This document shows positions 48,690 through 61,500 of a stretch of DNA of 64,000 bases, piece after piece. The stretch is from the NCBI GenBank assembly GCA_013239625.1, contig MU056905.1, positions 1,943,967 to 2,007,966 of the forward strand. The letters are read 5' to 3'. Position numbers and translations under genes: made by a program. The notes below the pieces were generated by a model. That model worked only from the letters and a program-made list of their open reading frames with translations, did no database searches and was not told the DNA's origin. This DNA is from Lama guanicoe. Taxonomy: Eukaryota. How positions within the stretch are numbered: the first letter of the stretch is position 1; each line of letters opens with the position of its first letter.

Positions 48690-49054
48690 TCAACGTGGAT
48701 GACTGAGAATTGATAGTGCTAATGGAAAAGTGTGCGCCTGTCCATACTTCAGGACTAAAGTAGAAGTGGAGCTTTGCTTTTGCACTTGGCAGTGGTTGCT
48801 GCTCTTGCAGATCAACAGCAAGCTTCCTGCCCCTCCCGGCAATACAGCTGAGCCATTGCTGAAGCCGCTGAAGCTGCTGAAGCTTTTGCTCTGGTACCTC
48901 CAGGCATAGCTCTGTCTGCTCATGGTGACTCAGGGGACTGAGTGACACTGAGAAGGTGGGAAGAAGGTGTCTCAATGTTTCCCTGCTGGGGTGCAGAGGG
49001 CTCCCCTTACATATCTCCTGGAGTCGGCAGCTGGCTCCAAGTTCATGGGTTTGA
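48690..49054 (-). pseudogene. Inverted type II keratin exon-1/promoter relic (77-aa ORF 48923..48690)
   Basis: ORF starts MSRQ..SFSGFSNGSAVLPGG. 21/23 nt match (48844-48866, -) to the KRT2 head (37338-37360). Degenerate TATA (TATGTAAGGGGAG) 90 nt upstream and AAACCC box 34 nt further. No rod exons found. Confidence 0.7.
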
Positions 49055-49229
49055 CTCCCTTGAAGCTGAAAATGGCAAGAAAATAAATCATGCTGTCTAC
49101 TTTGGAACAGTACTTCAGATGATTACTGCTGAGTTAGCAGGGTTTTTTAATTATTATTTATCAACTATCTGCTGACCAAGGTAATATGAAGCATGTGCGA
49201 TTATACCCCCAAATCTCTCAGATAAGGTG

Positions 49230-50000
49230 TTTTCTGGCATCTATTGGTTATCTCTTTTCATTGACTTTGAGATCTTCTTTGTTCTTGTTATGACAAGTGA
49301 TTTCTGGTCAGAACTTGGGTCTTTGGGTCTTATTTTTGTTGCCTTCTCTGACATTACCCTAGCAGGGGAAAAGGGAATAGTGCCACCCCATTACTGCCAG
49401 GTGGAATGTGAAGCCTAGGTTCCCTACCTGGTGTCTGCCATCACTGCCATCACTGCCATCACTGATGGATCTGGGACTTGTTCCTGTCTGGTGGGGGTGA
49501 AAGTCCCGGCTCCCACCTTGGCCTTCCCTGACATCCCCAGATGCCAGGGGAAAGGGGCAGTTGGGGTACCTTATAGCCTGATGGGTACAGAGTCCAGGAT
49601 TCTTGCTCTGCTTTAGCTGGAGGGCGACGGGGAGGGGCTGCAGTGTTTTTTGTGGTGTTTGGTTGGAGTAGAGTGGTTACTCTCTGTAAGTTTTCTGTCT
49701 TGCTAGGCTGCCCCATCCCTGGCGCTTTGGCTAGAGAGATTAGGCTTCTGTTAGGGCTTTAAAAAAACATCTGTGCCCTCTTCTTCTAGGTTGTCACTTT
49801 CTTCTGCTCCAAGTCTGAAATACAAGAAACAAATAGAAAACCCAGAGAACCCACTACCACGTCTTCCTTTGGCTCCTGAGGTCCCTAGCTGGCATACCTT
49901 CTTCTCTTGTCCTTTAAGAGTTTTCCTACATTTGTTTTATATATAATATCCAGGTTTTTATTTGTTGTAAGTGGAAGAATGATGTTTACACCATTTCTTC
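49230..50000 (-). mobile_element. Ancient L1M 5' region remnant
   Basis: tttggctagagaga, ggtccctagctgg..ttcttctc and tttgttttatatataatatccagg resemble L1MC-type 5' ends (from memory). Confidence 0.55.
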
Positions 50001-52383
50001 TGCTAGAGCTGTGTCAGAAAAAAATATGTCTATTCTATTTTCTTGGATGAGAAATACTAAATATTCTTTTAAAACATGATTTTATTGCTCCTGAGGCTGA
50101 TGGGGGTTGATTTTCTGCCTCCTTTGTGCTGACTCATCAGAGATACCTGCCCTAGAGACCTAGGCAGAAGCTAATGGCAGAACTGCCCCTCTGTGGGAAA
50201 CGGGGCTGACTGAGTCATTGTGTGAAGATTAGATGAGGGTTCAGCAGGCATTGAACTTCCCCTGGTAAGGGCAGTGACAGGGTATGAGATGTAAGGGGCC
50301 CACTGTTTGAAAACCCGCTAAGGAGAGTTTAAGGTAGGTGCTAAGGAGCCTGTCCTTAGAGGGAATGACTTTCTGAGGATCCTTCACCACTGATTCTGGG
50401 TGGAAGGTAAAGAGGACTTGGGGAGGACAGGATTAGGGTCTTGTCCTCAGGAAACTTTCTGGCAGTTTGGGAGGGTTGGCACACACCTGGGATACAGGCA
50501 GAGACATGGAATTAGAGCAGACAATTGGTACAATTTGGGGAGGCTGGCCAGAGAGGAGTGGCTGGATTGAGATGAGACAGAGAAGAGTCCCTGGGGGGGG
50601 GGCCTCTGTGGCAGGTTCCCAATGAGGGAAGGCCAGGGTGGGAGAGGGGAAGCAAGGCCCATGTGGGGCGAGGGGCTGGCTGCACTCACGCACTGCACTG
50701 CAGAGCTGGCATTCAGAGTGCGAACACTTGCTTTCAGCCCTTAGGGAGTGAGCTCAGGGCATGTAACAGCAGTTTGCAGTTTTGCTGAGACACGGGTCTG
50801 GATCACGTTCATCCTGATGCTGACGTGTGGAAAGGGGCCAATTAGGGAGGGATCCTGGCTGGGACACTCAGCATCCTCATCACAGCACTGCCTTGCCTCA
50901 CTCACTGTGCTGTATGAAGAAATTGCAAAAGGATAAAGCCTTGTGTCTAGTGAGAAAAGACCAAAAGGATTGCCAAGTACCATGCTGCTATAGTGAAATT
51001 GAGACCATCTAAGAAAATAGTTCTTCTTACCTAGAAAATAGCTGTTTTGTATAAAAAAGAAAGGGAGGTTGAATTTGGCAATTGCTTGTTATAATAGCAG
51101 TAGAAACATCATAATACAGAATAAGGTCAAAATCTCTGCACAGAAATGGAAACAAGAGATTGGTAAATTGAACATTATATGGAGGAAATTACATTCTGCA
51201 TATGTTTGGGATTTGGGAATTGTGAAACTCTTGGTCACATACTTTGGTAACATCAAGGGTCTCATAGAATTCAAATGTTTGTCCTCCTCTCTAGAATTGT
51301 GACCTAGGCTTCTGTCTTATTAATTCATGACCCCAGAGCCTATTACAGTACCTTGGACAGAGTCAGCCCTCAACATAAGTGTGTTAAATGAATGGATGGA
51401 TGAATGAACAAGTATGTGGATGGCTGGCTGGCTGGCTGGCTGGACAATATATAAGAGCTGCAGAGCTCTGAATGTGGGATCAGAAGATCAGTCAAATAGG
51501 TCTGCAAGGCTGGGGACTGCGTTTTGTTTGTTGGACGTTTGCATCCCGTGGGATTCATACAAAGAAAGGCTTATGAAATGTTTGTTGTCCTCAACCATCT
51601 GAGCCTTCGTTTTCCCATTTGTGAAAGGTGGATCCTCACATCTCCTTTCCAGGTCAAGTAGGTTAAATGAGCTTCTGTGTCTGAGGAGCTCTTTTAATGC
51701 TGGAAAGCCCTGCACCAGTGTCAGCCACCATGAATGGTGACAATTCCAATATTTCAAGGTCAAGGGTGGAGGCAAGGGGAGGGTACAGGGACAAAGTCAG
51801 TGCATGAAGGTGAAGGCATGCAGGGCAGCCTGGCTGGCCCAGAGGGGCAGGAGACGAGCCTGGGAGGGCACAGCAGGGGCCTGCAGCCAGAGGGCTGGGC
51901 GTGGATTCCTAGTGGGCTCGTTGCCCAGGGCCTTGGCCGGCCTTGAGAACTGTCTCCAGGAACCCTGGGAAGCCAGATTGCGGAGTCTCTTCCTAGCCAC
52001 ATAAAAGCAGTTCAGCCAGGGTCCCTGGAGCAGCCCATCTGATGCTGGTACAGTTGTGAGATCTCTCACAGATGATGCTGTCAATTAAAGGTCTCCCCTC
52101 TGCACCCCCGCAGTCCAGTACCGCCTGCCAAAGCCCTGGCGAGAGGCAGTTGAGGCTGTGAGAAGCCTCACAGCCAAGATCTTTCTAGGGATAATTTGGT
52201 CAGCCTAATTACCCCATGTTAATTAGATAAGACTCAAATTACAGGAGCAAGGCTTGCAAACCCTGCACTTTGGGGGATTTCAAGTTATTTACCCGATGTC
52301 TCTGATTTTGTTGGGAGAAAATGATTTCTTGCTTGCAGGCAAACTAAACCCACAAATTAGGGCAGTGTCTCCCTCCTGAGCCC

Positions 52384-52389
52384 TATAAA
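52384..52389 (+). promoter_or_regulatory. KRT73 TATA box
   Basis: TATAAA 95 nt upstream of ATG 52479. Confidence 0.85.
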
Positions 52390-52478
52390 GCTCAGGTCTC
52401 CCGCCTGAGACCACAGGCTGGTGAACTGCATCTCATCTAAGGGTTAGCTGCTCTTTCCAGCTCTCTGGCCTCCCCAGC

Positions 52479-52925
52479 ATGAGCCGCCAATTCACCTGCA
52501 AGTCGGGAGCTGCTGCCAAGGGGGGCTTCAGTGGCTGCTCAGCTGTGCTCTCAGGGGGCAGCTCGTCCTCCTATCGAGCGATGCACAAAGGGCTCGGCGG
52601 GGGCTTTGGAAGCCGGAGCCTGTACAGCCTGGGGGGTGCCCGGATCACCTCCTTCAACATGGCCAGCGGCAGTGGGCGGGAAGGGGTTTATGGTTTTAGC
52701 CGAGGCCGGGCCAGCGGCTTTGCTGGCAGCATGTTTGGCAGTGCGGCCCTGGGGCCTGTGTGCCCGACTGTGTGCCCTCCAGGGGGCATCCACCAGGTCA
52801 CCATCAACAAGAGCCTCCTGGCCCCACTCAACGTGGAACTGGACCCCAAGATCCAGAAAGTTCGTGCGCAGGAGCGGGAGCAGATCAAGGCACTGAACAA
52901 CAAGTTCGCCTCCTTCATCGACAAG
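52479..52925 (+). CDS. KRT73: KRT73 exon 1 (coding part)
   Basis: agcATGA..FASFIDK|gtggg. Confidence 0.93.
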
Positions 52926-55900
52926 GTGGGACTTTCTGGAGAAAGCTAAGCCCTAGGATATCTACAAAGCCGTAAAGCCTGGCCACTCCTCTCATGGGAG
53001 CCAGACCAGCTCAGACTCTGGTCGAAAAACAGACTTGTAGCCCATATGATACACCCCAAACTATATAGCGAGGCAGATGGGGATGAGTGGTGCCCTAGAG
53101 CAGTGGTTCTCCAAAGTGGTACCCAAACTGGCTGCGCCAGCATCACCTGAGCACTCGTTAGAAATGCACATTCTCAGACCCCACCTGGTATCTACTGAAT
53201 CACAAACTCTGGGAGTTGGGCCCAGGACTTGTGTGTTAACAAGCCCCCAGGTGAAGCTGATGCACACTTGAGAACCACTGAGGAACAAAGGGGTAGGAGG
53301 GTTTTGGGAAGCGGAGACTTCCAGAGCTTAGACGAGCAGGGGACACTTATCAGGGGTGACGGTGAGGTAGGGTGGTGAGGCATGAGTAGGAGTTTGCAGG
53401 ATGGAGGTGGAGAAAGGCAACCTGGGGAGAGAGAGCAGTCACATGAAGAACAATAGGCCTTGTCTGGAGACTGGGGAGACCTTGGGTTTGGGTGTTGGGT
53501 GAACGGTGGCATATTGTGAAGAGCACAAGAAGAAGTTTGAACTTGACCCTGTAGGTCAGGTGGAACCATCAGGGGGTTTTAAGCAAGGGAATAGTATGAT
53601 GCTTGTAGACGTAACTTGAGAAGGCTGCTTCTCCCCTTGGGGAAATGCTCTGAGTTCACAGAGAACTGGACATAAAAGCCACACAGGAGGGCCCAAGACT
53701 CCAGATCAGCTGAGCACCTGCCTCTGGCTGGGCTGGGAGAGGCCATGACTGGGGAGATGGAGAGCAGGCAGAGCACAGGCCGGGCCACCAGGCCGGGAGT
53801 CAAGGTGCACAAGAACCAGTACGGGCCAGCTTACGTGTCTAAGGACTCACCCCACAGAGGGGGTCCAGGCTGACCATCAGCACTGGTCCAGGCAGGTGAG
53901 GACAGGTGCACAGGGAACAGATCTTGACTAGAGGGAAAGGAAGATGGTGAGGCCCCCTCCTGAGGCCACTCCTGCCCCCCAAAAGAGAACCTCGGTTGGA
54001 CGAAGGGCCCAGGTGGGGAGGGGTACAAGTGCCATTTTCTGAAGGATGAAGCTTATGGAGCATCAGAGAACACAGCCACCGTCCAGGAAAGGAAACCCTA
54101 CGGCCTCTCACCATTAACTGTCTGTTGATTGGGGTTCCAGGTGCGGTTCCTGGAGCAGCAGAACCAGGTACTGGAGACCAAGTGGGAGCTGCTGCAGCAG
54201 CTGGACCTGAACAACTGCAAGAACCACCTGGAGCCCATCCTCGAGGGCTACATCGGCAACCTGCGGAAGCAGCTGGAGGCGCTGTCCGGGGACAGGGTGA
54301 GGCTGGACTCGGAGCTGAGGAGCATGCGGGACGTGGTGGAGGACTACAAGAAGAGGTGAACGGAGACCCTGGGCCCAGGCCGACAGCTTCCCGGGACTGG
54401 GCTTTCCCCGCAGACACTGCAATGTCTGCCTCTGACGTCGGGGCACTGAGCTCAGGTGGGAGTGATCTGTCCTGAGCTCCTCTGCCCGGGCAAGATGAGG
54501 CCCTTCTCTCGGTGGCCAGGAGGGCTGGGCAGTGGGCAGCCAGCCTCTTGGGCAGTGGTGGGGCTGTCCTGGTGGGCGGCCGCCTCCTTGGCCCACTCCC
54601 TCCTGCTTCCCAATAGCGAGATTCCAAGGGTGAGTACCCCACAGCCGCTTGGGTCTTAAGCTCATCAGGTTGCCCCCAAGGTCCAAGGAACCCCCCTAGG
54701 CAGGGCAGGGAGATGGAATTTCTGCTGGGCTTCCTCGTCTCCCTCAGGCCCTGGACATTTGGGCCATGCTCCTCTGCCTGTCCCAGGGGACAGTCCGCCC
54801 AGCTTCCTCGGGACTAATGCTTGGGGAGGTGGGTGGGGTTACTGGTAGCGGTGTCAGGCAGCCAGGTGACACAAGAATGGTGGCTGAGAGGGGCAGTGGC
54901 GTGTGCCTGGGATTTGGACACTGAGTGGGAGGAGGAAGAACCTATTCACTCTTTAGGCTCCAGAGGAAAGCTAGAGCCAAACCATCGGTCACTTGGCCCG
55001 GAAGGGCGTTACTTCCTACCCCACCCACAATGCTGGCCATATATTCCTAGTGAGTTGGGCAGAGCTGCAAAGATGTAGAATAATATCTGTCAAAAGGTGT
55101 ATAACTTGGACATCTCGGTAGTCCTTTCACATGAGGACACACACACACGCACACTCTTCCCTCTGATGTTTCCTGCAGGTATGAGGAGGAAATAAACAAG
55201 CGCACGGCTGCTGAGAATGAATTTGTGGTGCTTAAGAAGGTGAGGAGAGGGTGCATGCCCCTCGGTCTCCCAGGGAGTGGAGTGTGGGGGGCGCGGGGAG
55301 ACTGGGGCCTGTGCTCCCTACAGAAGGGCCTGGAGCCGAAGTTCCAGAAGAAGGTGGGGGGGATTTGCAGCTTGGGGACATCTTGGGACACCTTGGTGTT
55401 TATCTAGCACACATCGCTTTGTCTGTCCCGTGTTTTGTGTAAATGGGCAGAAGTGCAGGTGTGGATGGTCCCTCCCCGGGCCATGCCCAGGGTGGATTGG
55501 AGAACAGGACATGCTTTGAGACGGGCTGCCGGGTTCCCCCTCCAACTCAGCCTGTCTTTGGCAAATTGCCCTTGGCTCTGACTGATCAACCATGTCGGGG
55601 ATAGGGCTTTTTTCTGTATCTTTGAAAATAGAGACAGTAAAAGGATTCCATCCTTGGATGGGGCAGAAGGCGTTCCAGGGGCATGAGGGTCTTGCTCAAA
55701 GTCTCGCAGTGAGTCCTGGGTGGAAGTTAGGTTCCTGCCTGTCGGGCCTTGACTCCACTCCCTGGGGCAGCCAGCCACAGAGCTGAGTGCCGGGGTGCCA
55801 AGTTCTTGGAAAGCCCTGTCTGGGCTTGAAGAAGGGTGACGTCAGGGGGTCTCTGGGGTCCCTTAGGACGTGGATGCAGCTTACATGAGCAAGGTGGAGC

Positions 55901-58516
55901 TGCAGGCCAAGGTGGACGCTCTGGACAGAGAAATCAAGTTCTTTAAGTGCCTGTATGAGGGGGTAAGTGTCCCCCAACCCCGCTCCCAGCTCTGCCTTGT
56001 GAAAGGACAGACATGGCAATGAGCGGTTACTTATCAGGAAATTTAAGAGTGCAGAGAATCCCCAACATTTGGAGGCTGGGAGCTCTGTAGATCAAAGCAA
56101 GAATGACATTTAACCTGATACCTCCAACTGACGTGTGCCATCAGTCCCAGCCTGGCCTCCAGATCTCCCAGTCTCACATATTTCTGGAAGCCATGGGACC
56201 CTAAGGGGCTCCCACTGATCTTCAGCCAAGCGCATTCTCATTTCTTCCTATCTTCCCTCTGCTGCCTGGGGTACTTCCTCAGGTCTTAAGTATGCATCCC
56301 CAGGGATGGATGTGGGAAGTCCTCACACCCTTTCCACCATGTCTATGACCATTTGTCTGTTGGCCAAGCTTCCATGAGCTCCCAGGTCCTTAGCGTCTCC
56401 TGTGTGGTGGCCGAGCTGTTTCCCCTCTGCCTTTTCCTCTTCTAACCTGTCTCAGGTGACAGACACAGGGGTTTTTACCATCTTGGGCTTTTTCAAACCC
56501 ATCCAGCAGTTTTCAGATGTGCTGTTGGAACCTCTGGACTGGTGGGCTCCATCTTTGTAAGTTTTGGGGGGTACAGCTTGCATCTGTTTGGGAGGGTCTA
56601 GGAGCACCCCTGCCGGGGCAGGTCCATCACCTTGGTACCTTCCTCTGCTCACAAAAGGCATTTCAGGCTTCCTTGTTTCCCCTGCAGGAGATCGCTCAGA
56701 TCCAGTCCCACATCAGCGACACATCTGTAATCCTGTCCATGGACAACAACCGGGACCTGGACCTGGACAGCATCATCTCCGAGGTCCGTGCCCAGTACGA
56801 GGAGATCGCCCTGAGGAGCAAAGCTGAGGCTGAGGCGCTGTACCAGACCAAGGTGGGGCAGCACGCCTCCCCAGAGTCACGTGTTCTGGGGTCTCTGGTC
56901 CGATCCCATGATCCACCATGGCCCCCTTGCTCTCTGAGAGCACAGCGTGGTCCCAGGCACTGGAGGAGGAGACAGCTCTGACCTTATGATCCACTGAGAC
57001 CACGCAATCATGAGAGGACACACACAGCTGAGTCTAAATGAACGTGTCATAGCATCATGAATGCTAGTGAGACAGAGGTTAGGGAACCAGGACCAGGTGG
57101 GGCAAGTCAGGAACAACGTCCTTGGAGGCAGAGAGTTTTGAACTGAGTCTGGGAAGGAGGAAAACATGGATAGTCAGCATCTCAACCCCCTCATTAATTA
57201 CAATAAATTATGGGGTCTCTTCAGTGTGATCTGAGACCAGGGAACTCCTACCTTTCCATTCAAGTCCAACTCCAAGGAGAATGGGGGAGTTTGAGTCTCT
57301 TAGATGTTAACTCCTCTAATGGGTCGTGGGTGGGAAAATGAGTCTTTAGATAACTTGGTTTCTCAGATCAAGAAGGCGGCTTCCTAATTGTCCTTTCTGT
57401 TTATCAGGATCCTTCTCAAGGGAAATCCACATTCTTGAGACCTTATCTTGTCCCTCCTTGCTACCCTAGGAGCAGAAGGATTTGACCTGCAGAGGCGGGA
57501 GGGAGGGAGGGTGGGAGACTTTCAAGGCCTAGGAGACAACTCAGGCCAGGGCTTCTTGAGAAAAGTTCAAACTCAAGTCCCCAGTTTCCAAATCCCTCTA
57601 CATTCCTGCTGCCAGCAGAATCGGAGGTGGCCATGTGGCCTTACCCCTCTGGATTGTTAATGACTAACGTTTAACTCCAGGGTCCTTCTGGAAGCGTTAG
57701 GCAGGTCTGCACAGACATGACTTGGGATCAGTTGCTGCTTGAAGTTAGTCACACGTGTGCTTCTCCCGTCAGGGGCAAGCGCTCACCGAGCAGAAGGTCA
57801 TCAGTGTCGTCCTAGCGACGGAGTTCTGAGGGCTTGTTGTTGTTGTTATTCCCCTTTTGATGGGAACACAGATGGAGGAGCTGGGGCTCAAGGAGTCTAA
57901 GTAACCTGCTAAGGCCATTGAGCTGCTAAGTGATGGAGCTGGATCTGAATCTCCATGGCTGACTGCCAATTCCATGGCTCTGGTTAAGACGCATTTAGGA
58001 TAAGGGCTTGGGGTGGGCTGGGAGCTGAATGGCAGGAGTTTACTCTCAATTTGCCTCAGGAGGAGATGGCCTGGTATCAGAACTGGGGAATCAGTGCCTC
58101 TGTTCTGGCCCGTAAAAGATGGGGACAGTGTGACCAGAAGCGGGAAAAGGCCGCCTATCCTGGCACAGTGTTAACCGCCCAAGACTAGCAGCAAAGATAA
58201 GACACAGGAGCACAGTGAGAAGCCCCCCTACCTTCCAGGGGACTTGGTATCTTTAAGAAGGACCCTGAATCTAGGGCCACCCTGGGGCCAGATAAGAGAC
58301 AACTGATAAGGCCAAGCACCCAAAGACAGGCAGGCAGTTACAGCTGCCAAAGTTCTGAATGTTATGTCTTTTTCTGTTTCCCAGTTCTGGGGTGCAAGTG
58401 TTGTGCTCTCTGTTGACTATTTAATGGATGACATCAAAGGCAGGACTAATCCCAAACTAGTAGATGATCCAAAATTCATGACTGGTGGTGGTGGGGTAAA
58501 GTGGAGTCTCCCCCTG

Positions 58517-58549
<33 letters not shown>

Positions 58550-61500
58550 GTGTTTCCATGCTCAGCAAGACTGCCAGTAACCTAGGGCTCAGCGGAGCTA
58601 TGAAGGGAGGAAGTCACAGAAAATACAGGTGGGCAGCCCATCAGCTCCCTCTTTGTTTCATGCACGCATGCATGCATGCATTCATTCATTCATCAGACCT
58701 ACTCTGAGTACCAGCCAGACCCTGTACTAGGTCCTGGGAATTCAGAAATAAAATAAGAGATCCCTGCTATTTAGTCATTCTGGGTTTGATGGGAAAGACA
58801 CAGAAACTGTGCTCACAGTACAGTATGGTAGGACCTATGGACTGGTATGCTGGGGGCTATGGGCACAGAAGTACACCCAACTTGGGGATTGAGGAAGGCC
58901 TTCTGGAGGAAATGAGTCTGCACTGGCCGAGTTGGAGCTGGCTAGGGCAAAAGGGAGGGTGAAGGGGAAGGGTTGTCCAGCTGGAAGGAGAGGCTCATGC
59001 AAAGACTCAGAGACTTGAGAGCACACGGGAAATTTCTGGAACTTGGGACTATTTGGCATGGGTGGAGAGCCAAGGAGGTGACAGGTAGGGTAAGTGAGAA
59101 GTACGTCTGGAGAGGCTGGTGGATGCCAGATCTCCAAGTATGTCGATGCCAGGCTAGGAGTTTGAATTTGACCTTGACTTTGAAGGGCTATAGGCAGAGG
59201 AGTATCATAATTGGAGTTGTACATTATTAAGTTGCAGCGTGGAGAGTATGGGACTTTTCGATAGTCCTAATGGCCAAATCTAACCATCAGTGTGGTCAAC
59301 TGTGTTTGAGGCAAATAAATACATCCAACGAACAGATGGTTGGGTGGCAGGCTGTTGAGAGGACTGGTGAAGCTGGGACCCCTGCCCACCTCTGCCACAC
59401 TCCCTGGGTAAAGACACAGTCTGCTGGTGAGCTCAGCTCCCTGTTTTGCTCTCTTCCCCTAGTTCCAGGAGCTGCAGCTGGCAGCTGGCCGGCATGGGGA
59501 TGACCTCAAATACACCAAGAACGAGATCTCAGAGCTGACTCGGCTCATCCAAAGGCTGCGCTCGGAGATCGAGAGTGTGAAGAAGCAGGTGAGGGGTTCT
59601 GGGAGTTCCCAGCTCACTCCCGAGGGAGGGGTTGTCAGCACTGTCAGTCACACACGTTCCTCCAGGCCCTTCTCCTTCTCTGGATCCTCTGCCTCAGAAC
59701 CCCTTCCTCAAATGGAAGCCTTGCTCTCATCCCTCACACTTAGCTCCTACCTGAATTCTGGAACAATTGGAAGGCTCTTTCTGGAAAGCCAAGTGGCTGA
59801 GAATGACAAGCCTCCCAGTCCCGGGCTGACAAGTCCCCATTGCCATGGATGTGGCTTTGCCCTAGGAGGTGGGGCAGGATGGGGGAGGGTCCAACCACAG
59901 TGAGAACTTGGTAGGGTGAAGGGAGGCTCAGGGTGCCTCAGAACTCAGGGAGAGAAAGTACCTCCCTGCCCTCAGTGCTCCAACCTGGAGACGGCCATTG
60001 CCGATGCTGAGCAGCAGGGCGACTGTGCCCTGAAAGACGCCCGGGCCAAGCTGGACGAGCTAGAGGCTGCCCTGCACCAGGGCAAGGAGGAGCTGGCCCG
60101 GATGCTGCGCGAGTACCAGGAGCTGATGAGCACCAAGCTGGCCCTGGACATCGAGATTGCCACCTACCGCAAGCTGCTGGAGGGCGAGGAGTGCCGGTGG
60201 GTGATGGAAGGGATCTTAGAATTTTGGAGCTGGAAGGACTTTAGGAATCCTCTGACTTAATTTCCCAGATGGGAGGTTGAGATCAGGCTGCTGGAGGGGC
60301 TGGAAATGCTTTTCAGGTCACCCACAAACATAGTCTTAACCGGCATCCAATAATGAGAGAGCGATCTCCTTTATAATTCTCCTTCCCGTCTTCAGACTAT
60401 GATAGGGAGAAAGCTTCAGTGTGGTGCTGTTGTGTCTTTAACACTACCCTGACACTTGCAAATATCCCTATTTAGTAAAGAGAGAGCAGATCCTAGGTTT
60501 AGAGTCTCTGGGCAGACAGCAATATCTAGTCAAAAATTTTTTTTAATTGTTTTATTTTTATTATATTTATTTTTACTGCTACTGTTTTGGTCTTTTTTGT
60601 TCAGGTAGTACTGGTTTCTATTTACCCCGCTGATCTAAAACTTCCTTTTAAGCCAAATCATTTTTGTTTCAAAAGGCAGAATCAAAGAAAAATACTAAAT
60701 TTATGACAGGATGAGTTGTCCATGGTCATAGCAATACCAGGAAGGGTGGTAGATGAAGCACTAACATTTGAAAACCCCTGTTTTAACCCAGCACTATTTT
60801 ATAAATAAAACCCAGTTTTATATAAGTGACTGCTCCTAAAATCGTACAGTGAGTTCCTTAGTGGCAACTCCTGAGGCTCATATTTCCACACGCGCACTTA
60901 TTCGGGCAGTAGACCCACAGGGGTGAAGCAGCGAGCTGAAGAGGAATTCAGTGGGAGGGCACCCGGGAGGCGGTGCTGCTGCTGGGGGCTCCGGGGTTGC
61001 AAGTTTGTACATCTCTGAAGTGGGAGGAGCGGGCTGAGGAAGGAGAGAGAGGATCTCAGAGACACGCAGGCGCGGTGCATGCCACCTGGCCAGCTGAGGG
61101 CTTGTGGAGGCCAAGCTAGGCTGGCTGATGACTTCAGGCTGGGCTGAGGGTAACCTGGATGCCACGTGATAGAGAAGCAGCTGTGTTTTTCTCCCCATGC
61201 AGGATGTCTGGAGAATACACCAATTCTGTGAGCATCTGTGAGTAGTTCACACCCCTGAAGGAATATTTTTAGCCCATTAATGAGCACAAAGTAAGTGGTC
61301 CTCTACCACCAAGACCCCCATGGAACAGCCTGGGTTGTGCCTGGCAGAGCACCATTGCCGTAATCGCCTCCTTTGATGAGACCTGCTGCCTCTTCCTCTG
61401 TGGAGTCAGCTCCGCATCGCATTCTGACACTCCACATTGACCCCTTCCCGGAAATCTCACCCATGCTAGGATGAGATTCTCCCCATTCTCTTCTGCCCCA

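Noticed and set aside
50905-50936. YEEIAK peptide resembling exon 5
   Set aside because: Six-residue match only; no SMDNNR context or splice sites.
53839-54686. 267-aa and 190-aa minus-strand ORFs across KRT73 exon 2
   Set aside because: GC-rich antisense frames with no recognisable domain or splice/poly(A) support.
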